DNA of 62,440 nucleotides, counting the filler. It is 16 parts of 16 records of this genome, joined end to end, with 100 filler letters (N's around TTAATTAATTAA, not from the genome) between each part and the next. Parts side by side here need not be neighbours in the genome. Positions count along the whole stretch, not along the records: positions 47,985 to 52,985 come from SRR11831580_3719; positions 53,086 to 55,307 come from SRR11831580_3721; positions 55,408 to 57,533 come from SRR11831580_3772; positions 57,634 to 62,440 come from SRR11831580_3775; 12 more parts are not named here. One strand, 5' to 3'. The stretch's first letter is position 1. Each line of letters starts with the position of its first letter. Below, piece after piece: positions 47,885 through 60,246 of the stretch. The notes under the pieces were generated by a model. That model worked only from the letters and a program-made list of their open reading frames with translations, made no database searches and had not been told where the DNA came from. The translations under genes were made by a program, and so were the position numbers.

Positions 47885-47984
47885 NNNNNNNNNNNNNNNN
47901 NNNNNNNNNNNNNNNNNNNNNNNNNNNNTTAATTAATTAANNNNNNNNNNNNNNNNNNNNNNNNNNNNNNNNNNNNNNNNNNNN

Positions 47985-48114
<130 letters not shown>

Positions 48115-48153
48115 TCTGATTCGGGCGCGGTTCGCGCGCCCGTTATTAACAGG

Positions 48154-49194
48154 TCATTTATCGGAAGACGCCTGCCACAGATTCAGCTCGCCATCGGCGA
48201 TATGCTGATCAATCTGCGCCAGCTCCTTGGTGCTAAATGTCAGATTATTCAGCGCCTGCACGTTCTCCTCTAGTTGCTCCGCGCGGCTGGCACCAATCAA
48301 TACCGACGTCACGCGATCATCTTTCAGCAACCAGCTTAACGCCATTTGCGCCATTGATTGTCCACGCTGCTGTGCCATTTCATTCAATAAGCGCAGGCTG
48401 TTGAGGTTGGCTTCGGTAAGCATTTTCGGTGTCAGACCACGAACTTTATTCCCTTCACGATGCATCCGTGAATCTTGCGGAATGCCGTTGAGATATTTTC
48501 CGGTCAGCAATCCCTGAGCCAGAGGAGTAAAGGCAATACAGCCCACGCCGTTATTTTGCAGGGTATCCAGCAGGCCGCTTTTATCCACCCAGCGGTTCAG
48601 TAAATTGTACGAAGGTTGATGAATTAACAGCGGAATTTTCCACTCGCGCAGCAACTCGACCATTTTTTGCGTCCGCTCTGGCGAGTAAGAGGAGATCCCG
48701 ACATACAGCGCCTTACCGCTTTGTACCGCATGAGCCAGCGCAGAGGCGGTTTCTTCCATCGGCGTATTTTCATCGACGCGATGAGAGTAAAAGATATCGA
48801 CATACTCAAGCCCCATACGCTTCAGGCTTTGGTCGAGGCTGGCGAGCAGGTATTTACGTGAACCGCCAGAGCCGTAAGGGCCGGGCCACATATCGTAGCC
48901 AGCCTTGGTAGAGATAATCAGTTCATCGCGATAAGCGGCAAAATCCTCCCGCAGCAGGCGACCAAAGTTCTCTTCTGCGCTTCCTGGAGGCGGCCCGTAA
49001 TTGTTGGCTAAATCAAAGTGCGTAATGCCCAAATCAAACGCTTTACGCAGGATCGCACGCTGTGATTCCAGCGCGTTAACGTGACCGAAATTGTGCCATA
49101 AACCGAGCGATAACGCGGGCAGGCGTAAACCACTTTTTCCGCAATAGCGGTATTGCATCTGCCCGTAACGTTCGGGATTCGCTAACCAGACCAT
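48154..49194 (-). CDS. gpr: L-glyceraldehyde 3-phosphate reductase
   Basis: 346 aa aldo-keto reductase, LGLWHNFG, DLANNYGPPPG. Confidence 0.95.
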   Translation of the reverse strand: MVWLANPERYGQMQYRYCGKSGLRLPALSLGLWHNFGHVNALESQRAILRKAFDLGITHFDLANNYGPPPGSAEENFGRLLREDFAAYRDELIISTKAGYDMWPGPYGSGGSRKYLLASLDQSLKRMGLEYVDIFYSHRVDENTPMEETASALAHAVQSGKALYVGISSYSPERTQKMVELLREWKIPLLIHQPSYNLLNRWVDKSGLLDTLQNNGVGCIAFTPLAQGLLTGKYLNGIPQDSRMHREGNKVRGLTPKMLTEANLNSLRLLNEMAQQRGQSMAQMALSWLLKDDRVTSVLIGASRAEQLEENVQALNNLTFSTKELAQIDQHIADGELNLWQASSDK

Positions 49195-49350
49195 GACCTC
49201 TCCTTTCCACCGTTCAATTTCGAAACAATGTTTCTAGTTTAGCGATTCGCCAGCGCGTATCCCGTAGTCTGGCTCACAGAGTGACGAAAAACTGGGCAAA
49301 AATACGTGCTTATGCTTTGCTTAAAAAAACACCAACTGAGGAGTGCAACG

Positions 49351-50235
49351 ATGCCGCGTTTAACCGCCAAAGATTTCCCACAAGAGTTGCTGGATTACTA
49401 TGACTATTACGCTCACGGGAAAATCTCGAAACGTGAGTTCCTCAACCTTGCGGCGAAGTGCGGTAGGCGGGATGACGGCATTAGCGTTGTTTGATTTGCT
49501 CAAGCCAAATTATGCGCTGGCGACTCAGGTAGAGTTTACCGACCCGGAAATTGTTGCTGAGTACATCACGTATCCTTCGCCAAATGGTCACGGCGAGGTG
49601 CGGGGTTATCTGGTGAAGCCCGCAAAGATGAGCGGCAAAACGCCAGCCGTAGTGGTGGTGCATGAGAATCGTGGACTGAATCCGTATATCGAAGATGTGG
49701 CACGGCGAGTGGCGAAGGCGGGGTATATCGCCCTGGCACCTGACGGCTTAAGTTCCGTTGGAGGTTATCCGGGAAATGATGATAAAGGTCGTGAGCTGCA
49801 ACAGCAGGTTGATCCAACAAACTGATGAATGATTTCTTTGCCGCAATTGAGTTTATGCAACGCTATCCGCAAGCGACAGGCAAAGTGGGTATTACCGGAT
49901 TTTGCTATGGCGGTGGCGTATCGAACGCGGCGGCTGTCGCGTATCCGGAACTGGCCTGCGCGGTGCCGTTTTATGGTCGTCAGGCACCCACTGCCGATGT
50001 GGCGAAGATTGAAGCGCCTTTACTACTCCACTTCGCGGAACTGGACACCCGAATCAACGAGGGCTGGCCTGCTTACGAGGCGGCGTTGAAAGCCAATAAT
50101 AAGGTTTATGAGGCGTATATCTATCCGGGGGTTAATCACGGATTCCATAATGATTCCACGCCCCGTTATGACAAATCTGCCGCCGATCTTGCCTGGCAAA
50201 GGACACTGAAATGGTTCGATAAATATCTCTCCTGA
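49351..50235 (+). pseudogene. yghX: Dienelactone hydrolase-family pseudogene with two frameshifts (near 49460 and 49820)
   Basis: [14 protein letters not shown]..., HENRGLN and GFCYGG lie in successive different frames. Confidence 0.85.
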
Positions 50236-50353
50236 TAGGTTTATCTCTTACGGGATTACGTCTTAAACAAGCATGAAAAAATAGCGTGCGCAAAAGTCGT
50301 TCTTTGCCTAAAATATCGCTATATATGACAATATATAGCGAATGAGGTGAACG

Positions 50354-50641
50354 ATGAATAACCATTTTGGTAAAGGCTTAATGGCGGGATTAAAAGCAAC
50401 GCATGCCGACAGTGCGGTTAATGTGACAAAATTCTGTGCCGATTATAAACGCGGTTTTGTATTAGGCTACTCACACCGGATGTACGAAAAGACCGGAGAT
50501 CGCCAGCTTAGCGCCTGGGAAGCGGGTATTCTGACGCGCCGCTATGGACTGGATAAAGAGATGGTAATGGATTTCTTTCGTGAGAATAATTCCTGTTCTA
50601 CGTTGCGCTTTTTTATGGCCGGTTATCGCCTCGAAAATTGA
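50354..50641 (+). CDS. yghW: DUF2623 protein
   Basis: 95 aa [13 protein letters not shown]; synteny. Confidence 0.88.
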
Positions 50642-50829
50642 TCAAACATACGTATTATCTTGCTTTAATTAATTACACTAATGCTTCTTCCCTTCGTTTT
50701 AGCGCCCCGCCGCAGTATCATGATATCGATAACCATAATAAATGTGTGGTAAATGGCGCATCGATCGCATTATTGATTTTGCGATTGAGGCAAAATATAT
50801 GCCAGGTCTTCGCAACGGAATAACTATAA

Positions 50830-51948
50830 ATGACTGGAGATAACACCCTCATCCATTCTCACGGCATTAACCGTCGTGATTTCATGAAGCTTTGTGCAGC
50901 ATTAGCCGCCACCATGGGGTTAAGTAGCAAAGCCGCTGCAGAGATGGCCGAATCGGTTACTAACCCGCAGCGTCCGCCAGTTATCTGGATTGGCGCGCAG
51001 GAGTGCACCGGTTGTACGGAATCTCTGCTTCGTGCAACGCATCCAACGGTAGAAAACCTCGTACTGGAGACTATCTCTCTGGAGTATCACGAAGTGCTTT
51101 CCGCCGCCTTCGGTCATCAGGTCGAAGAGAACAAACATAACGCTCTTGAGAAGTACAAAGGGCAGTATGTGTTAGTGGTGGATGGTTCCATCCCATTAAA
51201 AGATAACGGTATTTATTGCATGGTTGCCGGTGAGCCGATTGTGGATCACATCCGCAAAGCGGCGGAAGGCGCAGCAGCCATTATCGCTATCGGTTCCTGC
51301 TCTGCGTGGGGCGGTGTTGCCGCAGCTGGAGTTAACCCAACTGGCGCAGTCAGCCTGCAAGAAGTTCTGCCAGGCAAAACCGTTATCAATATTCCGGGCT
51401 GCCCGCCGAACCCGCACAACTTCCTCGCGACCGTTGCGCACATCATCACTTACGGCAAACCGCCGAAACTGGATGACAAAAACCGTCCGACCTTCGCCTA
51501 TGGCCGTCTGATTCACGAACACTGCGAACGTCGCCCGCACTTCGATGCTGGTCGTTTTGCCAAAGAGTTCGGTGATGAAGGCCACCGCGAAGGCTGGTGC
51601 CTGTACCACCTCGGCTGTAAAGGGCCAGAAACTTACGGCAACTGCTCAACGCTGCAATTCTGCGATGTTGGCGGTGTGTGGCCGGTGGCGATTGGTCACC
51701 CTTGCTATGGCTGTAACGAAGAAGGTATCGGCTTCCATAAAGGCATCCATCAGCTTGCCAACGTCGAAAATCAAACTCCGCGTTCACAGAAACCGGATGT
51801 TAACGCTAAAGAGGGCGGCAACGTCTCTGCAGGCGCTATTGGTTTGCTCGGCGGTGTGGTTGGGTTGGTTGCCGGTGTCAGCGTGATGGCGGTGCGTGAA
51901 CTGGGTCGTCAGCAAAAGAAAGATAACGCTGACTCACGGGGAGAATAA
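50830..51948 (+). CDS. hybO: Hydrogenase-2 small subunit
   Basis: Tat motif [19 protein letters not shown]. Confidence 0.97.
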   Translation: MTGDNTLIHSHGINRRDFMKLCAALAATMGLSSKAAAEMAESVTNPQRPPVIWIGAQECTGCTESLLRATHPTVENLVLETISLEYHEVLSAAFGHQVEENKHNALEKYKGQYVLVVDGSIPLKDNGIYCMVAGEPIVDHIRKAAEGAAAIIAIGSCSAWGGVAAAGVNPTGAVSLQEVLPGKTVINIPGCPPNPHNFLATVAHIITYGKPPKLDDKNRPTFAYGRLIHEHCERRPHFDAGRFAKEFGDEGHREGWCLYHLGCKGPETYGNCSTLQFCDVGGVWPVAIGHPCYGCNEEGIGFHKGIHQLANVENQTPRSQKPDVNAKEGGNVSAGAIGLLGGVVGLVAGVSVMAVRELGRQQKKDNADSRGE

Positions 51949-51950
51949 CC

Positions 51951-52937
51951 GTGAACAGACGTAATTTTATTAAAGCAGCCTCCTGCGGGGCATTGCTGAC
52001 GGGCGCGCTGCCGTCTGTCAGTCATGCGGCTGCTGAAAACCGCCCGCCAATTCCGGGATCGCTGGGGATGTTGTACGACTCGACCTTGTGCGTAGGCTGC
52101 CAGGCTTGCGTCACCAAGTGTCAGGATATCAATTTCCCTGAACGTAACCCGCAAGGGGAACAGACCTGGTCGAACAACGACAAACTGTCGCCGTATACCA
52201 ATAACATCATTCAGGTGTGGACCAGCGGCACAGGGGTCAACAAAGACCAGGAGGAGAACGGCTACGCGTACATTAAGAAACAGTGTATGCACTGCGTCGA
52301 TCCGAACTGTGTCTCTGTGTGCCCGGTCTCTGCACTGAAAAAAGATCCGAAAACCGGCATTGTCCATTACGACAAAGATGTGTGCACCGGCTGCCGTTAC
52401 TGCATGGTCGCCTGTCCGTACAACGTGCCGAAGTACGACTACAACAACCCGTTTGGTGCGCTGCATAAGTGCGAGCTGTGCAACCAGAAAGGTGTGGAAC
52501 GTCTCGATAAAGGCGGTCTACCTGGCTGCGTAGAAGTGTGCCCGGCGGGCGCGGTGATTTTCGGTACGCGTGAAGAGCTGATGGCGGAGGCGAAAAAACG
52601 TCTGGCGCTGAAGCCTGGCAGCGAATACCACTATCCGCGTCAGACGCTGAAATCTGGCGACACTTACCTGCATACGGTGCCGAAATATTATCCGCATCTG
52701 TACGGCGAGAAAGAGGGCGGCGGTACTCAGGTTCTGGTACTGACGGGTGTGCCTTATGAAAATCTCGACCTGCCGAAACTGGACGATCTTTCTACCGGTG
52801 CGCGTTCCGAAAATATTCAACACACCCTGTATAAAGGCATGATGCTACCACTGGCTGTGCTGGCGGGCTTAACCGTGCTGGTTCGTCGCAACACCAAAAA
52901 CGACCATCACGACGGAGGAGACGATCATGAGTCATGA
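51951..52937 (+). CDS. hybA: Hydrogenase-2 Fe-S subunit
   Basis: Tat motif RRNFIK, four 4Fe-4S motifs. Confidence 0.96.
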
Positions 52938-52985
52938 TCCACAACCGCTGGGCGGCAAAATCATCAGTAAACCGGTCATGATTTT
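52927..52985 (+). CDS. hybB: Hydrogenase-2 membrane subunit start (partial)
   Basis: [19 protein letters not shown]. Confidence 0.85.
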
Positions 52986-53085
52986 NNNNNNNNNNNNNNN
53001 NNNNNNNNNNNNNNNNNNNNNNNNNNNNNTTAATTAATTAANNNNNNNNNNNNNNNNNNNNNNNNNNNNNNNNNNNNNNNNNNNN

Positions 53086-53149
53086 ATTCTGTCAATCCTT
53101 CGACCACACCCAATATTGCCGCTATCAGCAGCGAGTGCATATCGCTCAT
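53086..53149 (-). CDS. bacA: Undecaprenyl-diphosphatase N-terminus (partial)
   Basis: MSDMHSLLIAAILGVVEGLTE. Confidence 0.9.
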
Positions 53150-53238
53150 CAATAAACCCCTAAATTATTAAAATGTACCGCTTGTCCGAACTACTGCGTA
53201 TGACCAGGTTATAACCGTTTGGTTTAACAGCTGTAAAA

Positions 53239-53607
53239 TTAATTATTTTCTTTCAGATTATTGCCACGCTCAATGATTACGCCAACATTCGCCGCCCGCG
53301 CCACTGCGCCTGGCTTGCTGAGTTTGATACGCACCCACGGCGAGTTGAAGCGTGCTAACAGCAGCTCCGCCACCTCTTCAGCCACGCGTTCCACCAGCGC
53401 AAAACGCGCCCCCTCGACGTGGCTGACCACCGTTTCTGCAATGTCAGCGTAACTGAGGCAATCCGCCACATCATCACTTTTCGCCGCTTTACGGTTATCC
53501 CACGCCATTTCGATATCGAACACTAACTTCTGTTCGATGGTCTGTTCCCAGTCGTAAACACCAATAGTGGTGATTACCGAAAGTTGCTCTATAAATACAA
53601 TATCCAT
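53239..53607 (-). CDS. folB: Dihydroneopterin aldolase
   Basis: IGVYDWEQ, LVERVAEE, KPGAV. Confidence 0.96.
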   Translation of the reverse strand: MDIVFIEQLSVITTIGVYDWEQTIEQKLVFDIEMAWDNRKAAKSDDVADCLSYADIAETVVSHVEGARFALVERVAEEVAELLLARFNSPWVRIKLSKPGAVARAANVGVIIERGNNLKENN

Positions 53608-53711
53608 CACGTCCTGCCTGCTTTTTGGCTAACCAGATACCACTTCCGGCGAAATGTGCGTATTATCCACAGATTCATCGTTGAACACGAATTTTCAAAA
53701 CGGAACAGCTT

Positions 53712-54329
53712 ATGAGTGCAATCGCGCCTGGAATGATCCTCATCGCGTACCTCTGCGGCTCCATTTCCAGTGCCATTCTGGTTTGCCGCTTGTGTGGGCT
53801 GCCCGATCCGCGAACCAGCGGCTCCGGCAATCCAGGCGCAACCAATGTGTTACGTATCGGTGGCAAGGGAGCAGCCGTAGCAGTACTGATTTTCGACGTT
53901 CTGAAAGGAATGTTGCCCGTCTGGGGCGCGTATGAATTAGGTGTCAGCCCCTTCTGGCTAGGCTTAATTGCCATCGCCGCCTGTCTTGGACACATCTGGC
54001 CCGTTTTCTTCGGATTTAAAGGAGGAAAAGGCGTTGCTACCGCTTTTGGTGCCATCGCACCCATTGGCTGGGATCTCACCGGAGTAATGGCGGGAACCTG
54101 GTTACTGACCGTGCTATTGAGCGGATACTCGTCGCTGGGAGCGATTGTCAGTGCACTGATTGCTCCGTTTTATGTCTGGTGGTTTAAGCCACAATTCACC
54201 TTCCCGGTTTCGATGCTCTCTTGCCTGATCCTGCTGCGTCATCATGACAACATCCAACGTCTGTGGCGTCGTCAGGAGACAAAAATCTGGACGAAATTCA
54301 AAAGAAAGCGCGAAAAGGATCCCGAGTGA
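53712..54329 (+). CDS. plsY: Glycerol-3-phosphate acyltransferase
   Basis: [21 protein letters not shown]. Confidence 0.97.
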
Positions 54330-54341
54330 TTTCTGGTGGAT

Positions 54342-55274
54342 CTACATGACCTGATAGCCTTCATCGGGCTTGCCCAGCCGTTGCTGGCACCATGCCGCCA
54401 GAAATTCCACGCAGACACGTAATTTCATGCTGCGATAGAGCGGCTCCCGGTAAACAGCCCAGATATTGGCGCTTTGTGCATACTCTGGCAATACTTGCAC
54501 CAGTTTGCCACTCTCCAGAAACGGCAACACATCCCACTCGGAACGCAGCATAATCCCTTTGCCCTCCAGCGCCCATTGCAGCACAATCTCGCCGCTATTG
54601 GAGGAAAGATGCCCGCTTACCTTCACCGATTTTTTCTCCTGACCGTTCCCCAACTCCCATATTCCATGGGTCATATCGCGCTCTTTGGTCACCAGACAGT
54701 CATGACGACTTAATTCCTGTAGGGATTGTGGCTGCGGATATTTTTGCAGATACTCAGGTGCTGCGCATAATATTCTTTTATTTTTTGTCAAAAGATGCGC
54801 AATATAATAATCAGGAATTTCGTCATTAATACGAATATCCAGATCAATATTATCCTGCACTAAATCAATTTGCCGATCGAACAATTCAAAATGCACCTGT
54901 AACTCAGGATAATTGCGCATCAGTTCGGTAATAGCTGGCGCAATATGGCTGCGCCCAAAACCAAAACTGCAACCAATACGAATCATCCCCTCCGGGCGCG
55001 TTTTGATTTGCGTGACGTCATCGACCAGTCGCTGATATTGGGTGAGGATTTCCAACGCATGTTCGTAACAACGTTGGCCACTTTCAGTCAGCGCCACGCC
55101 GCGAGCGGAGCGGTTCAGCAGCGTTGTTGCCAGCGTATTTTCAAGGATTTGGATCCGCTTGGTGACAAATGCAGGCGTCTGCCCAAGCGTCGCCGCTGCG
55201 GCGCTAAAACTCCCGCTGTGAACGATTTCTACCAGTACCTGCAAGTCTTTGGCTAAAGGCCAGCTATTCAGCAT
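54342..55274 (-). CDS. ttdR: LysR-family regulator of tartrate genes
   Basis: 310 aa with a LysR HTH; convergent with plsY. Confidence 0.9.
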   Translation of the reverse strand: MLNSWPLAKDLQVLVEIVHSGSFSAAAATLGQTPAFVTKRIQILENTLATTLLNRSARGVALTESGQRCYEHALEILTQYQRLVDDVTQIKTRPEGMIRIGCSFGFGRSHIAPAITELMRNYPELQVHFELFDRQIDLVQDNIDLDIRINDEIPDYYIAHLLTKNKRILCAAPEYLQKYPQPQSLQELSRHDCLVTKERDMTHGIWELGNGQEKKSVKVSGHLSSNSGEIVLQWALEGKGIMLRSEWDVLPFLESGKLVQVLPEYAQSANIWAVYREPLYRSMKLRVCVEFLAAWCQQRLGKPDEGYQVM

Positions 55275-55422
55275 CGTTAATTATCCGCAGTTGTGATAAG
55301 CGCAGTGNNNNNNNNNNNNNNNNNNNNNNNNNNNNNNNNNNNNNNNNNNNNTTAATTAATTAANNNNNNNNNNNNNNNNNNNNNNNNNNNNNNNNNNNNN
55401 NNNNNNNGGCATTTGAGCATAG

Positions 55423-55460
55423 TGCCTGATGCGACGCTTGATGCGTCTTATCAGGCCTAC
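55423..55460. repeat. REP element
   Basis: TGCCTGATGCGACGCTTGATGCGTCTTATCAGGCCTAC. Confidence 0.88.
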
Positions 55461-55505
55461 AGGTGCACCGTATCCGGCAAACCATACTCACATCAACAAC
55501 GAAAA

Positions 55506-56057
55506 TTACCCTTCGTTCTCCGCTAACTCGCGCAGATACTGGAAAATCTGGCGTGCGGATTTCGGCGGCTTATTCCCTTCTTTTTCTTTCTTCGCGTTGC
55601 GGATCAGAGTACGCAGTTGCTGACGATCGGCATCGGGCCACAGATTTAATACCTCAGCGATGGCGTCATCACCTTGATCGATCAGACGATCGCGCAGGTT
55701 TTCCAGTTTATGGAACAGCACCACCTGCTGGTTGTGACGGTTTTTCAGCTTATCCAGCGCCTGACGAATAGGCTCTACGTCGCGCTGGCGCAGCATCTTA
55801 CCGATGAGCTGCAACTGGCGGCGGCGACCTTCCATCTTAATACGCTGGGCGAGCTCAATAGCCGCGCGCAGATCCGCATCTAACGGGATCTTATCCAGCG
55901 CGTTTTTCCCCAGATCAACAATTTCCGCGCCAAGGCGTTTTAGCTCCTCGGCATCACGTTTAATTTCACTTTTACTGACCCAGATAATTTCATCGTCTTC
56001 GTCTTCGATGTCATCACCGGGAACGTCGTCGAGCCAGTCTTCGGGCTGCTTAGTCAT
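55506..56057 (-). CDS. yjgA: Ribosome biogenesis factor
   Basis: [25 protein letters not shown]. Confidence 0.93.
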
Positions 56058-56149
56058 CTCAGGCTCCTTAAAAAAGAGGCTAATGTTACCAGTTAAGATG
56101 CGCACTGAAAAACGGTTCTCTGTTAGACTTCAGAGAAACTCTCTACATT

Positions 56150-57502
56150 ATGGCACTTGCAATGAAAGTAATCTCTCAAGTTGAAGCGCAGCGCAAGATT
56201 CTGGAAGAAGCAGTTTCCACTGCGCTGGAGTTGGCCTCAGGCAAATCGGACGGTGCGGAAGTTGCCGTCAGCAAGACCACCGGCATTAGCGTAAGCACGC
56301 GTTATGGTGAAGTGGAGAATGTTGAATTCAATAGCGATGGCGCGCTGGGGATCACTGTTTATCACCAGAACCGCAAAGGTAGCGCATCATCCACCGATTT
56401 AAGCCCGCAGGCCATTGCCCGTACTGTACAGGCGGCGCTGGATATTGCCCGTTATACCTCGCCAGATCCCTGTGCCGGCGTGGCAGACAAAGAGCTGCTG
56501 GCCTTTGACGCACCAGATCTCGACTTGTTCCACCCTGCGGAAGTTTCCCCGGATGAAGCCATTGAACTGGCGGCCCGCGCAGAACAGGCGGCATTGCAGG
56601 CGGACAAACGCATCACCAATACCGAAGGTGGCAGCTTTAACAGCCACTACGGTGTCAAAGTTTTTGGCAACAGCCACGGCATGTTGCAGGGTTACTGCTC
56701 AACGCGTCATTCGCTCTCCAGCTGTGTAATTGCCGAAGAAAATGGCGATATGGAGCGTGATTACGCCTACACCATTGGTCGTGCGATGAGCGATCTGCAA
56801 ACGCCAGAGTGGGTTGGGGCCGACTGTGCTCGCCGTACTTTATCGCGTCTGTCACCGCGTAAACTCTCCACCATGAAAGCGCCAGTCATTTTTGCCAATG
56901 AAGTGGCAACCGGGCTTTTTGGGCATCTGGTGGGGGCGATAGCGGGTGGATCGGTTTATCGTAAATCTACCTTCCTGCTGGATTCGCTGGGTAAACAAAT
57001 TCTGCCGGACTGGCTGACCATTGAAGAGCATCCGCATCTGCTGAAAGGGCTGGCGTCGACGCCATTCGACAGCGAAGGTGTGCGCACCGAGCGTCGCGAT
57101 ATTATTAAAGATGGCATCCTGACTCAGTGGCTGCTGACCAGCTACTCGGCGCGGAAACTGGGGCTGAAAAGCACCGGACATGCGGGCGGTATTCACAACT
57201 GGCGGATTGCCGGACAAGGTCTAAGCTTCGAGCAGATGCTCAAAGAGATGGGCACCGGGCTGGTGGTGACGGAATTGATGGGCCAGGGCGTGAGTGCCAT
57301 TACCGGTGATTATTCCCGTGGTGCAGCGGGCTTCTGGGTAGAGAATGGCGAAATTCAGTATCCGGTGAGCGAAATCACCATCGCAGGTAATTTAAAAGAT
57401 ATGTGGCGCAATATTGTCACCGTCGGTAACGATATTGAAACACGCAGTAATATACAGTGTGGTTCTGTGCTGTTGCCGGAGATGAAAATCGCCGGACAGT
57501 AA
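56150..57502 (+). CDS. pmbA: Metalloprotease subunit PmbA/TldE
   Basis: 450 aa, [14 protein letters not shown]. Confidence 0.96.
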
Positions 57503-57508
57503 AAAAAC

Positions 57509-57533
57509 CGTAATAACTTCGTATAGCATACAT
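57509..57533 (+). other. Partial loxP-containing 454 Titanium paired-end linker (library artefact)
   Basis: CGTA-ATAACTTCGTATA-GCATACAT: the loxP arm and spacer with the CGTA flank of that linker, at a contig end. Confidence 0.9.
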
Positions 57534-57633
57534 NNNNNNNNNNNNNNNNNNNNNNNNNNNNNNNNNNNNNNNNNNNNTTAATTAATTAANNNNNNNNNNN
57601 NNNNNNNNNNNNNNNNNNNNNNNNNNNNNNNNN

Positions 57634-58155
57634 TAACGTCCATGATCGCCAGCGATTTACTGCTGTTGGCTTCTTTGCTGTTCGCGCGCATTCGCGCGGC
57701 AATGCGTTTGCGCACAAACAACGGCAGGGCGAGGAATAGCGTCTGCAGCCAGGGTTTGTGGACCTTGGCGCGAAAAGCCTGATAACCCGCGTCATCGGTG
57801 CACAGCGTGTCGCCATGCATAATCAACACCCGGCGACCATAAAGTTCGAGCACCTTTTCTTCCGGCAATAACGTCATGCCACTTTCACGGGCAAAGCGTT
57901 TGCCGAGCAGAAAATCACGGTTGCCATGAATGAAATAACAGGGAACGCCGGAATCGGACACCGCTTTGATCGCCGCCGCCATCTTGCGATGGAGTGGGTT
58001 GGGATCGTCGTCGCCAATCCATGCTTCAAACAGATCGCCAAGAATATACAGCGCGTCGGCCTTGCGGGCTTCCCCGCTAAAAAACGCAGAAAACCGGCGG
58101 TGATCGCCGGTTCTTCCACGCAGAGATGAAGATCTGCAATAAAGAGTGTCGCCAC
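57634..58155 (-). CDS. lpxH: UDP-2,3-diacylglucosamine hydrolase (partial) with an apparent 1-bp frameshift at 58072-58075
   Basis: FIADLHL in one frame; LGDLFE, GNRDF and MHGD in another. Confidence 0.92.
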
Positions 58156-58157
58156 GA

Positions 58158-58652
58158 TTACTCGCTAACGGTCACGCTTTCAATGATAACGTCTTCTTTT
58201 GGCACGTCCTGGTGCATACCGCTACGACCGGTTGCAACACCTTTGATTTTGTCTACCACGTCCATGCCGTCAACCACTTCAGCAAACACGCAGTAGCCCC
58301 AACCTTGCAGGCTTTCGCCAGAGAAGTTCAGGAAGTCGTTATCAACCACGTTGATGAAGAACTGTGCAGTTGCAGAGTGCGGAGCCTGAGTACGTGCCAT
58401 TGCCAGCGTACCACGGGTATTTTTCAGGCCGTTGTTGGCTTCGTTTTTGATCGGTTCTTTGGTGGCTTTTTGTTTCATGCCCGGTTCAAAACCGCCGCCC
58501 TGAATCATAAAGCCGTTGATAACACGGTGGAAAATGGTGTTGTTGTAAAAACCTTCGCGGCAGTAGTCCAGGAAGTTTTTAACTGTTTCAGGTGCTTTAT
58601 CGTCAAAAGTTTTGATGACAATATCGCCGTGATTGGTGTGGAAAGTAACCAT
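58158..58652 (-). CDS. ppiB: Peptidyl-prolyl isomerase B
   Basis: [14 protein letters not shown], 164 aa. Confidence 0.97.
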   Translation of the reverse strand: MVTFHTNHGDIVIKTFDDKAPETVKNFLDYCREGFYNNTIFHRVINGFMIQGGGFEPGMKQKATKEPIKNEANNGLKNTRGTLAMARTQAPHSATAQFFINVVDNDFLNFSGESLQGWGYCVFAEVVDGMDVVDKIKGVATGRSGMHQDVPKEDVIIESVTVSE

Positions 58653-58825
58653 TTTTGCATCCTGTTCCGTTTGATTGGTGCTTCAACCCAGTTCGGGTCA
58701 TATATAGGGTGGTGTTATAGCATAACCGCACGATCGGATCATCACGCAATGTATGCTGATTCGCGCGGGAAATATGGGTATTATACGCAACTCAATTACC
58801 CACACATGTCTAAACGGAATCTTCG

Positions 58826-60211
58826 ATGCTAAAAATCTTCAATACTCTGACACGCCAAAAAGAGGAATTTAAGCCTATTCACGCCGGGGAAGTCGGCATG
58901 TACGTGTGTGGAATCACCGTTTACGATCTCTGTCATATCGGTCACGGGCGTACCTTTGTTGCTTTTGACGTGGTTGCGCGCTATCTGCGTTTCCTCGGCT
59001 ATAAACTGAAGTATGTGCGCAACATTACCGATATCGACGACAAAATCATCAAACGCGCCAATGAAAATGGCGAAAGCTTTGTGGCGATGGTGGATCGCAT
59101 GATCGCCGAAATGCACAAAGATTTTGATGCTTTGAACATTCTGCGCCCGGATATGGAGCCGCGCGCGACGCACCATATCGCAGAAATTATTGAACTCACT
59201 GAACAACTGATCGCCAAAGGTCACGCTTATGTGGCGGACAACGGCGACGTGATGTTCGACGTCCCGACCGATCCAACTTATGGCGTGCTGTCGCGTCAGG
59301 ATCTCGACCAGCTGCAGGCAGGCGCGCGCGTTGACGTGGTCGACGACAAACGCAACCCAATGGACTTCGTTCTGTGGAAGATGTCGAAAGAGGGCGAACC
59401 GAGCTGGCCGTCTCCGTGGGGCGCGGGTCGTCCTGGCTGGCACATTGAATGTTCGGCAATGAACTGCAAGCAGCTGGGTAACCACTTTGATATCCACGGC
59501 GGCGGTTCAGACCTGATGTTCCCGCACCACGAAAACGAAATCGCGCAGTCCACCTGTGCCCATGATGGTCAGTATGTGAACTACTGGATGCACTCGGGGA
59601 TGGTGATGGTTGACCGCGAGAAGATGTCCAAATCGCTGGGTAACTTCTTTACCGTGCGCGATGTGCTGAAATACTACGACGCGGAAACCGTGCGTTACTT
59701 CCTGATGTCGGGCCACTATCGCAGCCAGTTGAACTACAGCGAAGAGAACCTGAAGCAGGCGCGTGCGGCGCTGGAGCGTCTCTACACTGCGCTGCGCGGC
59801 ACAGATAAAACCGTTGCGCCTGCCGGTGGCGAAGCGTTTGAAGCGCGCTTTATTGAAGCGATGGACGACGATTTCAACACCCCGGAAGCCTATTCCGTAC
59901 TGTTTGATATGGCGCGTGAAGTAAACCGTCTGAAAGCAGAAGATATGGCAGCGGCGAATGCAATGGCATCTCACCTGCGTAAACTTTCCGCTGTATTGGG
60001 CCTGCTGGAGCAAGAACCGGAAGCGTTCCTGCAAAGCGGCGCGCAGGCAGACGACAGCGAAGTGGCTGAGATTGAAGCGTTAATTCAACAGCGTCTGGAT
60101 GCCCGTAAAGCGAAAGACTGGGCGGCGGCGGATGCGGCGCGTGATCGTCTTAACGAGATGGGGATCGTGCTGGAAGATGGCCCGCAAGGGACCACCTGGC
60201 GTCGTAAGTAA
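58826..60211 (+). CDS. cysS: Cysteine-tRNA ligase
   Basis: HIGH and KMSKS motifs, 461 aa. Confidence 0.98.
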
Positions 60212-60246
60212 TTGCGCTATTGCCGGATGCGAGTTTTCGCATCCGG

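Noticed and set aside
49351-50235. yghX frameshifts as a new lesion or programmed frameshifting
   Set aside because: yghX is already regarded as a pseudogene in K-12, and no slippery-site signal is evident.
58146-60034. Long antisense ORFs over ppiB and cysS (likewise over gntT, malQ, tmcA and nusB)
   Set aside because: They are shadow frames of well-recognised genes caused by codon bias, with no independent motifs.
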